43,537 nt of DNA from a bacterium. GTDB lineage: Bacteria; Patescibacteriota; Minisyncoccia; UBA6257; GWB1-50-10. Both the position numbers and the translations under genes were made by a program. Each line of letters opens with the position of its first letter. Within the stretch, counting starts at the first letter, position 1. The notes under the pieces were generated by a model, which saw only the letters and a list, made by a program, of their open reading frames with translations, was not told the origin of the DNA and made no database searches. This document shows positions 1 to 8,918 of this stretch, in pieces. The DNA lies in the NCBI GenBank assembly GCA_021815205.1, contig JAKAHD010000002.1, positions 1 to 43,537 of the forward strand, written 5' to 3'.

Positions 1-62
1 GTCCTGCCTTCCCGTTCGACCTGCCGGTACCACAGGAACCGCACTTCTTTAGGATATTTCAT
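1..62 (-). CDS. 5' fragment of a putative transposase (MKYPKEVRFLWYRQVEREGR...)
   Basis: ATG at 62 on the minus strand, open to the window edge and lying just inside the putative IS end; only 20 codons are visible. Confidence 0.4.
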   Translation of the reverse strand, partial: MKYPKEVRFLWYRQVEREGR

Positions 63-127
63 ATATTCATAGTGAACACTGTCACCCTTTGGTTTGTCGA
101 GTGTCACCTTCTGGTGTTAACTGTACA
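1..127 (-). mobile_element. Probable left end of an IS481-like insertion sequence, truncated by the window edge
   Basis: Minus strand from 127 reads TGTACAGTTAACACCAGAAGGTGACAC...AAAGGGTGACAG: a 5'-TGT terminus plus a repeated GGTGACA sub-terminal motif, followed by an ORF running off the window. Confidence 0.5.
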
Positions 128-193
128 TTTGCTTCTGCGTGATCCGCTTCTATTGTATAATCAGGAAAAGGTCGTTTTTTTTCGAAATAGTAT

Positions 194-424
194 ATGCAGG
201 CATTTCTTCAGAGTAACTGGATAGTACTCTTACTCCTTATATGGACCTTGCCGTGGAAGGGGGTGGCACTATGGAAAGCGGCCCGCCTTTCCGAGAAGTG
301 GTGGTTCGTGATCTTGCTCGTCGTGAACACAATAGGGATTCTCGAGATACTCTATATTTTCGTCTTCTCGAAATACGCGGCGAAGCGATCGGTATCGGGA
401 ACCCAGGAACCTCAAATACAGTAG
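194..424 (+). CDS. Small membrane protein, DUF5652-like
   Basis: WTLPWKGVALWKAAR...WWFVILLVVNTIGILEILYIF pattern with hydrophobic helices; TATAAT at 156-161 upstream. Confidence 0.75.
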   Translation: MQAFLQSNWIVLLLLIWTLPWKGVALWKAARLSEKWWFVILLVVNTIGILEILYIFVFSKYAAKRSVSGTQEPQIQ

Positions 425-459
425 GATAGGTACAAGTTCGGTAGAAAAGCCGAGTAGCA

Positions 460-695
460 AAAATCCAAAATCCAAAATTCGAATGTCTCTCCCTACGAGA
501 GATGTCTGTCCTTACGGGACATCTCCCGCAGGGATGACCGAAGGGACAGAGATACAAAACAATATCGAATGTCAAAAATTGGAATTTTTAAAACACGTGT
601 TTTGAATTTCTAAACATTTGATTATTAGTGCTTGTTTCGGATTTTCCTCTGGAGGAGGATCGTCCTTCGGAGGACGAATTTCGTGCTTCGGATTT
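460..695. repeat. Heptamer (AAATCCA/AAATTCG-type) hairpin element with nested small palindromes
   Basis: Left arm aaaatccaaaatccaaaattcgaa and right arm tgcttgtttcggattt...ttcgtgcttcggattt, resembling 25270-25410; inner palindromes tctccctacgagaga, gtccttacgggac and cgtccttcggaggacg. Confidence 0.7.
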
Positions 696-830
696 ATCCC
701 GTGAGAAGCAAGAAACCCCGTAGCGTGCCGCGAGGATGAACCCCCACACTCATTTCGTGTGGGGGGGGTGAATGCCTCGTCCCGCGGCGAACGCGGGGTT
801 TCCTACCCCCATGTGAGCTTCTCACGGGAT
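696..830. mobile_element. MITE-like element with 14-bp terminal inverted repeats, copy 1
   Basis: ATCCCGTGAGAAGC (696-709) / GCTTCTCACGGGAT (817-830); its reverse complement aligns along its length with 7459-7589. Confidence 0.75.
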
Positions 831-864
831 TTATGTTCTGAATCGCAGGTGGTAGAATCAGATT

Positions 865-1599
865 ATGAACGGTACCAGGATTCGCAATGTGTATAGTCCT
901 TCCTTAAGAACTCCTTTTAAATTGAGCCGTTCGAAAATTGAGCTCTACACGGAATGCAAACGGTGTTTTTATCTCGACCGTCGGCTCGGCGTGGGACGCC
1001 CGCCGGGATTTCCTTTCACGCTGAACTCCGCGGTCGATGCGCTCCTCAAAAAAGAATTTGATATCCATCGCGCGGCGGGCACCCCGCATCCTTTAATGAA
1101 AGCATACGGCGTGGACGCGGTGCCCTTCCCTCACGAGATGATGAACGAGTGGCGGGAAAACTTCAAAGGAATCCAATATTTGCACGAACCGACGAATTTC
1201 ATCGTGACGGGTGCCGTGGATGATATCTGGGTGAATCCGAAGCAAGAACTTATCGTCGTGGATTACAAAGCGACCTCGACTTCAGGCGAAATCACGCTTG
1301 ATGCCGAATACCGGCAATCCTATAAGCGCCAGATGGAAATCTACCAGTGGCTTCTAAGAAAGAGCGGATTCAAGGTTTGGGACACTGGGTACTTCGTGTA
1401 TGCGAACGGTGACAAGGACAAGGAGGCCTTCGATGGAAAACTGGAATTTAACGTAGTACTCCTCCCATATACGGGAAATGATACGTGGGTGGAGCCGACG
1501 CTCCACGAGATCAAGAAATGCCTCGAAGGGGAACTGCCTGCCGCAGATTCGGAGTGCGAGTATTGTGCGTACCGCGACGCGGCGGGGGAGTATGAATAG
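865..1599 (+). CDS. PD-(D/E)XK nuclease family protein (Cas4/AddB-like, stand-alone)
   Basis: SRSKIELYTECKRC, GAVDDIW, VDYKAT, QMEIY and C-terminal CEYC motifs. Confidence 0.8.
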   Translation: MNGTRIRNVYSPSLRTPFKLSRSKIELYTECKRCFYLDRRLGVGRPPGFPFTLNSAVDALLKKEFDIHRAAGTPHPLMKAYGVDAVPFPHEMMNEWRENFKGIQYLHEPTNFIVTGAVDDIWVNPKQELIVVDYKATSTSGEITLDAEYRQSYKRQMEIYQWLLRKSGFKVWDTGYFVYANGDKDKEAFDGKLEFNVVLLPYTGNDTWVEPTLHEIKKCLEGELPAADSECEYCAYRDAAGEYE

Positions 1600-1733
1600 G
1601 AAATGGAATACAGCGCGAGCAATAATTTTGCCCGCGCTGGAATTTATCCTCCACACCTATACATTGGTGTGGGGAATAAGTGTGCATCCGCCGAAGAGCT
1701 CGTCGCGTGCGGTGTATTAAAATTTGAAACGTA

Positions 1734-1771
1734 ACACCAAGTTATTTCGCCATGGCGAAATAACTTGGTGT
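1734..1771. repeat. 38-bp perfect palindrome (REP-like)
   Basis: acaccaagttatttcgccatggcgaaataacttggtgt is self-complementary. Confidence 0.9.
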
Positions 1772-1828
1772 AAAAGGAGACAAACCCACGAATACCGCAT
1801 ATGGGCCGACATGCAGTATAATTAACAC

Positions 1829-3466
1829 ATGTTCGTAGATGAAATAAAGAACATTATTCGGGGCGATGTGCTCACGGATGAGACAACGCTCAACACCTAC
1901 TCGAGCGATTACTCAATCTTCAAGGTGAAGCCGCGGGTCGTGGTGTTCCCGAAGGATACGGTGGACGTCGAGAAACTCGTCGCGTATGCCGTAGAGAAAA
2001 AGAAAAACGGCGAGGACATCTCGCTCACGGGCCGCTCGGCGGGCACGGATATGTCGGGGGGGCCGTTGAACGACTCGGTGATCGTCGAGTTCGTAAAGTA
2101 TTTCAATCATGTGCGGGAGATAGGGGAGGATTACGCCGTTGTTGAACCCGGCGTCTACTTCCGTGATTTCGAAAAAGAACTCGATAAAAAAGGACTGCTC
2201 TACCCGCCGTACCCCGCCTCGAAGGATCTTTGTGCGCTCGGGGGTATGGTGAATAATAACTCGGGCGGGGAAAAAACTTTGGAATATGGAAAAACGGAGC
2301 AGTATCTCGAGGAGGTGCATATCGTGCTCGCGGACGGGAAGGAGCATATAGTAAGGCCGCTCTCCAGTGGTGCTCTGGAGATAAAGCTCAAGGAACAGGG
2401 TTTTGAGGGGGATATATATAGGAAACTCTATAAACTTATCGAGGATAACTACGATGCGATTCAAGCGGCAAAGCCGAAGGTATCGAAGAACTCTGCCGGG
2501 TATTTTTTATGGAACGTATGGGATAGGAAGACGTTTGATATTACGAAGGTGATCGTGGGTTCGCAGGGAACACTCGGGCTTCTTACCGCGGCGAAGCTCC
2601 GCCTTGTGAAGAAGAAAAAACACTCCGCGCTTGCGGTGATTTTTTCAAAAGATTTGAAGTCGGTGCCCGATCTCGTGGACGATCTTCTGAAGTTCCATCC
2701 GGAAAGCATGGAATCATACGATGATAAGACGTTGAAGCTCGCAATAAAATTCCTTCCTTCGCTCCTCAAGCTTATGAAAGGAGGGATAGTGAAACTTTTT
2801 TTCCAATTTATTCCGGAATTCCTTATGGTGATGAAGGGCGGCATGCCGCAGATGGTACTTCTTATATCCTTTACGTCGGACAATAAGGAGGAGCTCCGCA
2901 AGGATATGGAGGAAGTACGTATGGTTGCAAAGAAATATCCTGTTCGGGCGCGCATCATAAAAACGGAAGAAGGCGCGCAGAAGTACTGGGTGATCCGAAG
3001 GCAGAGCTTCGCGCTCCTCCATAGCCATGTGAGGGGCATGTATGCCGCGCCCTTCATTGACGACATCATTGTTGATCCGAAGTACATGCCGGAGCTCCTC
3101 CCGCAGGTAAACGCGATATTAGACAGACACAAGGACAAGTTAATCTACACGATCGCGGGGCACCCGGGAAACGGGAACTTCCATATTATTCCGCTCGTGC
3201 ATTTGGACGACGAGGAGACGCGGAAAATTATTCCCCAGGTGACGGAAGAGGTCTATAAGCTTGTCTTCAAATACGGCGGCTCCATCACCGCGGAGCATAA
3301 CGACGGATTGATCCGCACGCCGTATCTCGAGGAGATGTACGGCCCGAAGATCGCGGAACTTTTCAAGGAGGTGAAAAACATCTTTGATCCCCTGGGTGTT
3401 TTCAACCCGCGGAAGAAAGTGGGAGCCACGCTCGAATATGCGGAGGAACATATGAGGTGGAGGTAG
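1829..3466 (+). CDS. FAD-binding oxidoreductase (GlcD / D-lactate dehydrogenase-like FAD-linked oxidase)
   Basis: RSAGTDMSGG, VEPGV, LGGMVNNNSGG, GSQGTLG, GHPGNGNFH, AEHNDG and FDPLGVFNP motifs. Confidence 0.9.
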   Translation: MFVDEIKNIIRGDVLTDETTLNTYSSDYSIFKVKPRVVVFPKDTVDVEKLVAYAVEKKKNGEDISLTGRSAGTDMSGGPLNDSVIVEFVKYFNHVREIGEDYAVVEPGVYFRDFEKELDKKGLLYPPYPASKDLCALGGMVNNNSGGEKTLEYGKTEQYLEEVHIVLADGKEHIVRPLSSGALEIKLKEQGFEGDIYRKLYKLIEDNYDAIQAAKPKVSKNSAGYFLWNVWDRKTFDITKVIVGSQGTLGLLTAAKLRLVKKKKHSALAVIFSKDLKSVPDLVDDLLKFHPESMESYDDKTLKLAIKFLPSLLKLMKGGIVKLFFQFIPEFLMVMKGGMPQMVLLISFTSDNKEELRKDMEEVRMVAKKYPVRARIIKTEEGAQKYWVIRRQSFALLHSHVRGMYAAPFIDDIIVDPKYMPELLPQVNAILDRHKDKLIYTIAGHPGNGNFHIIPLVHLDDEETRKIIPQVTEEVYKLVFKYGGSITAEHNDGLIRTPYLEEMYGPKIAELFKEVKNIFDPLGVFNPRKKVGATLEYAEEHMRWR

Positions 3467-3532
3467 GCGCAGCATATAGGGAATAGTATATAATATCTAG
3501 AGACAAGAATCAGGAATAAGGAATTAGGAATT

Positions 3533-5287
3533 ATGGATACCGAAAAACGAATATGCCAAAACTGCAAACAGGAATTTGTCATCGAACCCGATGATTTTTC
3601 ATTCTATGAGAAAATAAGGGTTCCGCCGCCCACGTGGTGCCCGGAGTGCAGGATGAAGCGGCGGATGGTCTTCAGAAATGAGCGGAAGCTCTTCCACACT
3701 AAAGACGGAATAACAGGCAACTCAATCCTCGCACTTTACCCGCCCGAATCCGGCTACATTATTTATGACGATACGTATTGGTGGGATACAAGTAAATGGG
3801 ATCCGATTTCTTACGGTGTTGATTTTGACGAGAACAGGCCGTTCTTACTTCAATTATTTGAGCTTAATAAACGTGTTCCTAAATATCGCCGTGCCGCTAT
3901 CAATATGGTAAATAGCGAATACTCCGCGAATGCCGCCGATCTCAAGAACTGCTATCTTTTGTTCAATTCGAACTATTCGGAGGACTGTGCTTATGGAAAT
4001 GGCATTGATTACAGCCGCAATTGCTATGATAACTCTCATATTCAAAAATCAGAAAAATGCTATGGTTCTTTTTGGCTCACCGCGTGTTACGAAAGTCATT
4101 TTTCTTCTCAGTGCGAAAATTGCATTTCCGTATGGTTTTCAAAAAATTGCCGCGGTTGCAATAACTGCTTCGGTTGTGTGAATTTAAGAAACAAAAACTA
4201 TTGTTTCTTTAATGAACAGCTTCACAAAGAAGAATACGAACGCAGATTTGCAGAACTTCATCTTGATACGTGGAGCGGTCTCGCGGTCGCGCAAAAAAAA
4301 GCCGACGCCTTTTGGCTTCAGTTCCCCATTAAATATCTGCAAGGCATTCAGAACGCGAACGTGAGTGGTGATTTTATCTCCCACTCAAAGAATGTTTACC
4401 GAGGTTATCTAATCCGTGAATGTGAAGATGTTCGCTATATCCAGTATTCACAAGTTCCCTCAAGTCGTGACTGTATGGACGGAACACTCATCGGCAATCA
4501 TTCGGAGTTGTTGTACGAGACTTCAGTGTGTGGGTGGGGTGGCAGTAATCTGAAGTTTTGTTGGGAGTGTTGGGATGACGTTCGCGATCTGGAATATTGT
4601 ATTTTCTGCGGGCACGGCGCTTCCAATCTTTTCGGCTGTGCTGGTGTTTTGAAACATCAGTACTGCATTTTAAATAAACAATACAGTAAAAATGATTATG
4701 AGTTTCTGAAAAAAAGAATCATCGAGCATATGGATAAACTGCCGTATGTTGATAGAAAAGGAAGGGTGTATAAATACGGAGAATTTTTTCCGCCGGAGTT
4801 CAGCGCATTTGCTTACAACCAGACAATCGCATCGGAGCATTTTCCGCCCACACAGGAAGAGGCCGAAAAGTTGGGAATCCGCTTACAAGAACCAAACCCG
4901 ACTGAATATGAAACGACCATACACGCAAGCGACCTTCCCGATTCAATCAAAGATGCAGCGGATTCGATACTCAAGGAAGTAGTTCGGTGTGAAACGTGTA
5001 AACGTGCTTATCGGATAATTCCAGTCGAGCTGCACTTCTTGCGCCAGATGAATTTGCCTCTTCCTCGGCACTGTATCGACTGCCGTCATTTAGCACGGGT
5101 AAGCAAGCGCAATAAGGCAGTATTTTATGAGCGGCAGTGCTCCTGTGATTATAAGGTCTATAAAAATACTGGTGGTCATATGCACCACCCAACGGGTCGC
5201 TGTTTGAATAGGTTTATTACTAGCTACGCCCCCGACCGACCGGAGATCGTGTACTGCGAACAATGCTACCAGACGGAGGTAGTGTAA
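3533..5287 (+). CDS. Cys-rich multi-zinc-ribbon repeat protein of unknown function, paralog 1
   Basis: CQNC, CPEC, repeated CxNCFGC units, CETC/CIDC and terminal PDRPEIVYCEQCY; colinear with 34335-36113. Confidence 0.8.
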   Translation: MDTEKRICQNCKQEFVIEPDDFSFYEKIRVPPPTWCPECRMKRRMVFRNERKLFHTKDGITGNSILALYPPESGYIIYDDTYWWDTSKWDPISYGVDFDENRPFLLQLFELNKRVPKYRRAAINMVNSEYSANAADLKNCYLLFNSNYSEDCAYGNGIDYSRNCYDNSHIQKSEKCYGSFWLTACYESHFSSQCENCISVWFSKNCRGCNNCFGCVNLRNKNYCFFNEQLHKEEYERRFAELHLDTWSGLAVAQKKADAFWLQFPIKYLQGIQNANVSGDFISHSKNVYRGYLIRECEDVRYIQYSQVPSSRDCMDGTLIGNHSELLYETSVCGWGGSNLKFCWECWDDVRDLEYCIFCGHGASNLFGCAGVLKHQYCILNKQYSKNDYEFLKKRIIEHMDKLPYVDRKGRVYKYGEFFPPEFSAFAYNQTIASEHFPPTQEEAEKLGIRLQEPNPTEYETTIHASDLPDSIKDAADSILKEVVRCETCKRAYRIIPVELHFLRQMNLPLPRHCIDCRHLARVSKRNKAVFYERQCSCDYKVYKNTGGHMHHPTGRCLNRFITSYAPDRPEIVYCEQCYQTEVV

Positions 5288-5316
5288 CAGGTACTATGAG
5301 GCCTCATAGTACCTGT
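5287..5316. repeat. 24-bp-core palindrome family, variant GGTACTATG-AGGCCT-CATAGTACC
   Basis: 30-bp perfect palindrome overlapping the last base of the upstream stop codon. Confidence 0.9.
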
Positions 5317-5475
5317 CTTCTCATATTAGTCCTGTGTTTTAATCCGTCTTATAAGATGGTTGTTCAAGATTGGTAAACCTTGTCCATTAAGATTATTAGT
5401 TTGCCAATCTTAAATTACGGATACGTGTATTATCCGTGTTCTGTGGTAATCTGTATCAATTGTGAGATATTTGGT

Positions 5476-6729
5476 ATGGACTACTTTGAGATCATAAAGA
5501 AAGATCAGGAGACCAACGCGAGGGCTGGAATTTTACGCACCCCGCACGGAGAGGTGCGGACGCCTTCCTATGTCGTCGTGGGGACTGATGCGGCGGTCAG
5601 GTGCGTGCCGCCCGAGGAACTTCCGCGCACGAAGACGCAGCTCATTATCGCGAACACCTACCATTTATGGCGGACGTTCGGGCTAAACCCACGGCCCGCA
5701 GAGCGGGCTGGGTCGCCCGAACATTTTCCGAGGGAAAATGTTTTAGGGAAAAACTTGGAAACGTTCGAGGGATTGCACGAGCGGATGAAGTGGAACGGCC
5801 CCCTCATGACTGACAGCGGGGGATTTCAGGTATTCAGTTTCGGATTCGGAAGAGCGCACGGTCTTGGGAAAATGATGCCGCGATCATCCGAAAGTGGCGC
5901 GCGGAGTTTCAAGATGGGAGAAAATCTCGTGCGGGTGACGGAAGACGGCGCGTATTTTACTGACGGGGGAGAAGAGCTGTATCTTGACGCCGAGACCTCG
6001 ATCCGTATTCAGGAGAAACTCGGCGCGGATATTATCGTGGCGTTCGATGAACCCACTTCTCCTTTACACGATCATACGTATACAAAAGAATCGCTCGTGC
6101 GGACGCATGCGTGGGCCCTCAAGTCCTTGAAGGCGAGGACGCGCAAAGACCAGATGATGTACGGGGTGGTGCAGGGCGGCGCGTTCGAGGACCTGCGGAA
6201 AGAGAGCGCGGAGTTTATCGGGAAGCAGGCGTTCGAAGGATTTGCAATCGGCGGATCGTACGGCGAATCAATGGGTGCGCCGCGGGAGCAGATGCTTTCC
6301 GTCTTGAAGTGGAGCGTGCCGTATCTCCCGGAAGGAAAGCCCCGCCATCTTTTGGGGATCGGGCGCATCGAGGATGTGTTCGATGCGGTCGAGCTCGGAA
6401 TGGATACCTTCGACTGTGTGATTCCGACGCGGGAGGCGCGCCACGGCTCGATATGGAGCGCGTTGGGGAGGTTCGACATGCGGAAGGGAATGTTTGAGAA
6501 AAGCGATGCGCCGCTCGAAGAGGGGTGCGGTTGCATTGCGTGCGCCGAGAAAAAAATCACCCGCGGCGAGCTCCGCAAGCTTTTTAAATCGAAGGATAGG
6601 GAAGCCGGTCATCTTGCAACGCTCCATAATATCTATTTTTTCAACAATCTTTTGGAAAAGATAAGAACCTCGATTCTCGAGGGGAGGTTTTCGGAGTTTA
6701 AAGAAGAATTCCTTCGGAATTTACGATAG
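5476..6729 (+). CDS. tgt: tRNA-guanine transglycosylase
   Basis: ARAGILRTPHG, NTYHL, TDSGGFQVFS, VQGG, KPRHLLG, DTFDCVIPTR, CGCIAC and HN motifs; start moved to ATG 5476 (MDYFEI). Confidence 0.95.
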   Translation: MDYFEIIKKDQETNARAGILRTPHGEVRTPSYVVVGTDAAVRCVPPEELPRTKTQLIIANTYHLWRTFGLNPRPAERAGSPEHFPRENVLGKNLETFEGLHERMKWNGPLMTDSGGFQVFSFGFGRAHGLGKMMPRSSESGARSFKMGENLVRVTEDGAYFTDGGEELYLDAETSIRIQEKLGADIIVAFDEPTSPLHDHTYTKESLVRTHAWALKSLKARTRKDQMMYGVVQGGAFEDLRKESAEFIGKQAFEGFAIGGSYGESMGAPREQMLSVLKWSVPYLPEGKPRHLLGIGRIEDVFDAVELGMDTFDCVIPTREARHGSIWSALGRFDMRKGMFEKSDAPLEEGCGCIACAEKKITRGELRKLFKSKDREAGHLATLHNIYFFNNLLEKIRTSILEGRFSEFKEEFLRNLR

Positions 6730-6812
6730 AAGCGGATTACGCAGAATGAAACGCAAATTAACGCAGATAAGTGTTCTGCGTTATTCGGTGCAGCTTCTGC
6801 GTTTTCTACTTC
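6730..6812. repeat. ACGCAGA/TCTGCGT-type hairpin element
   Basis: agcggattacgcagaatgaaacgcaaattaacgcagat...ttctgcgtt...cttctgcgtt; same motif at 128-152, 7592-7707, 19425-19517 and 36113-36227. Confidence 0.75.
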
Positions 6813-6826
6813 TAACGCAAAAGTGA

Positions 6827-6860
6827 TTGACACGGCATCCGATTCCTTGTATGGTATTTT
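6827..6860 (+). promoter_or_regulatory. sigma70-type promoter
   Basis: TTGACA at 6827-6832 with weak -10 candidates (TATGGT 6850 or TATTTT 6855); GGAGGT RBS before ATG 6890. Confidence 0.5.
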
Positions 6861-6889
6861 CATCTTTAACAATTTAATGGAGGTTCTTT

Positions 6890-7393
6890 ATGGAAAGGCA
6901 AGTAAGAGAACATCTTCTCGCTGTAGCGAACCGCACCTTTATGTCCGTTATGGAGGTGTTGCGTCTAAACAAAATATACGCACCCCTACTTACCGGAAGA
7001 GAGGGAGTATGTTATGCGGTTCTGAATCTTAATACCGGCCAGATGGAATTCGCGGAAGCGATAGGAGTGCGAATCGCTCCGGAAAAGGAGAAGAAATATC
7101 TCACTCTTGCGCAGGAAAAGGCATACAGACTTTTCCGAAACATCAAAAAGGGACACCTCACCAGCCTGGAGAGTGTCAATAAAGAATGCAACATGTGGGG
7201 GGGCGCGGTGAAAGGAGAGAAGTATATTCACTCGGTCTCCGGCCTGCCGGATGTTTGTGTATCAGGACTCCTTGATTCGGTCATGGCAATATCTATTGCG
7301 GCGGCAGTGCAAGATGTCGGCGGGCGCATAGCAGGAATAGAGGTAGTAATAAGAGATAGCCATCTTAGGTTACAGTACACCTTGCCTCAGTAA
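6890..7393 (+). CDS. Hypothetical protein, possibly GlcG/HbpS-like fold
   Basis: 167-aa ORF with RBS, promoter and terminator; AQEKAYR...WGGAV...SVSGLP loosely recalls GlcG-like proteins (weak). Confidence 0.6.
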   Translation: MERQVREHLLAVANRTFMSVMEVLRLNKIYAPLLTGREGVCYAVLNLNTGQMEFAEAIGVRIAPEKEKKYLTLAQEKAYRLFRNIKKGHLTSLESVNKECNMWGGAVKGEKYIHSVSGLPDVCVSGLLDSVMAISIAAAVQDVGGRIAGIEVVIRDSHLRLQYTLPQ

Positions 7394-7405
7394 GTTTTTT
7401 CGACG

Positions 7406-7442
7406 GAACCCGACATTCAAATGTTCGGGTTCTTATATTTTA
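7406..7442 (+). terminator. Intrinsic terminator
   Basis: gaacccgacat/atgttcgggttc stem followed by a T-rich tract just after the stop codon. Confidence 0.6.
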
Positions 7443-7458
7443 TGAACAAATTCCATAA

Positions 7459-7589
7459 ATCCCGTTAGAAGCTCACACGGAGTAGTAAACCCCGCGTTCG
7501 CCACGGGACAAGGCATTCACCCCCACACTAAATGAGTGTGGGGGTTCATCCCCGTAGCAAGCCACGGGGTTTTCTGCTTCTAACGGGAT
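7459..7589. mobile_element. MITE-like element, copy 2 (inverted relative to 696-830)
   Basis: ATCCCGTTAGAAGC / GCTTCTAACGGGAT termini; internal aaaccccgcgttcgcc, ggcattcacccccacac and gagtgtgggggttcatcc shared with copy 1. Confidence 0.75.
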
Positions 7590-7783
7590 AAAGGCAGATA
7601 ACGCTGAAGCGTACGCAGAAAAAGGCAGAACGTATCCGCATGCATCTGCATCTATCTCTGCGCCCGCCCGACCGAATGACGGTCATTCGGGCAGGTCATC
7701 CGCTTCTCTATTTAAGAGATTCTTCTTTCCCCCTACGGGGGATCAGAATGACAACTCAATAGAGGAGGATTAGAATAAGAGCG

Positions 7784-8827
7784 ATGAAATACGTCGTACT
7801 TATGCTTGTGATTGCCGGCATTGCGCTTATAGGCGGGTTCGCGCTCACACAGGAACGATCACAGATGATTGTTCCGAATGTCGCGACCTCTTCCCAAGAG
7901 ACCGCCTCGCTTTCTTCATCGGTTAACGTGCAGGAAGCAACATCGAGCGCGACATTTTCAATCCCGGCGGCGACATCTTCGGTTACTTCGACTGCACCTG
8001 CGCCGCCCGCAACGTCTCCCGCGACGACAACTCAAGAAACAAACATGGTATTGAGCGATGCCGTGCGTTTCTCCGATATCGCGCCCTCGCAGGGAGAAAC
8101 GGTGCGGATGGATATTCCCAGAAACTTCAGAAATGTCACAGTGACGTTCGATGGAAAAAACATGCCGGTATTTGCCTTCGAAGGAGAACAGCACGCCCTC
8201 CTTCCTATAAAAGCGCAGGAGACCGAAGGCGCGCATACGGTAACCGTCGCGGCGGCGGGAGAGAAGAATTATTTAAAAACGATTACGGTGCGGAATGGAA
8301 ACTTTCCGGTTGTCGCCTTAGGCATCCCGCCGAAGCTCGGCGTGACGCCCGCGGAGCTCGTGCAGGGGCTCGAGAAAGAGAATGCAAATATTAACGCGCG
8401 TGTCGCCAAGGTAACGCCGCAACTGTATTTCACGAAAGGATTTGGACTGCCGCTCGCAGATAACACGAAAATCGGATCGCGGTACGGTGAGATACGGAAA
8501 ACGGGAGATCAGGTAATCTACCACATGGGCGTGGATTTTGAGGGTAAGGAGGGGGATAGCATCGCCGCGATGAATGACGGCGTCGTGCGGGAGGCGCAGC
8601 ACACCCAGCTCTATGGGAATATCGTGATTATCGATCACGGCGAGGGGATCTATACGATGTACCTCCACCTCAAAACCATTCTTACTTCGGTCGGCGCGCG
8701 TGTCCGCAAGGGACAGGTAATCGGCGTGATGGGTGAGACGGGGTATGCGACAGGCCCGCATCTCCATCTTTCGGTGAAGGTGAACGGAGTCTCCATTGAT
8801 CCACTCAGGTTTATTAAAGAATTCTAG
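7784..8827 (+). CDS. M23 family metallopeptidase with N-terminal anchor and Ser/Thr-rich linker
   Basis: HMGVD (HxxxD), YGNIVIIDHG, YLHL and TGPHLH motifs. Confidence 0.92.
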   Translation: MKYVVLMLVIAGIALIGGFALTQERSQMIVPNVATSSQETASLSSSVNVQEATSSATFSIPAATSSVTSTAPAPPATSPATTTQETNMVLSDAVRFSDIAPSQGETVRMDIPRNFRNVTVTFDGKNMPVFAFEGEQHALLPIKAQETEGAHTVTVAAAGEKNYLKTITVRNGNFPVVALGIPPKLGVTPAELVQGLEKENANINARVAKVTPQLYFTKGFGLPLADNTKIGSRYGEIRKTGDQVIYHMGVDFEGKEGDSIAAMNDGVVREAQHTQLYGNIVIIDHGEGIYTMYLHLKTILTSVGARVRKGQVIGVMGETGYATGPHLHLSVKVNGVSIDPLRFIKEF

Positions 8828-8918
8828 TTTGAGAAATTGCCGCTGATTGGCAAGCTGATCTCCGCTTATGTCGTATCAGCGTACATCAGCCATACATCAG
8901 TGGGAATCAGCCGCAAAT

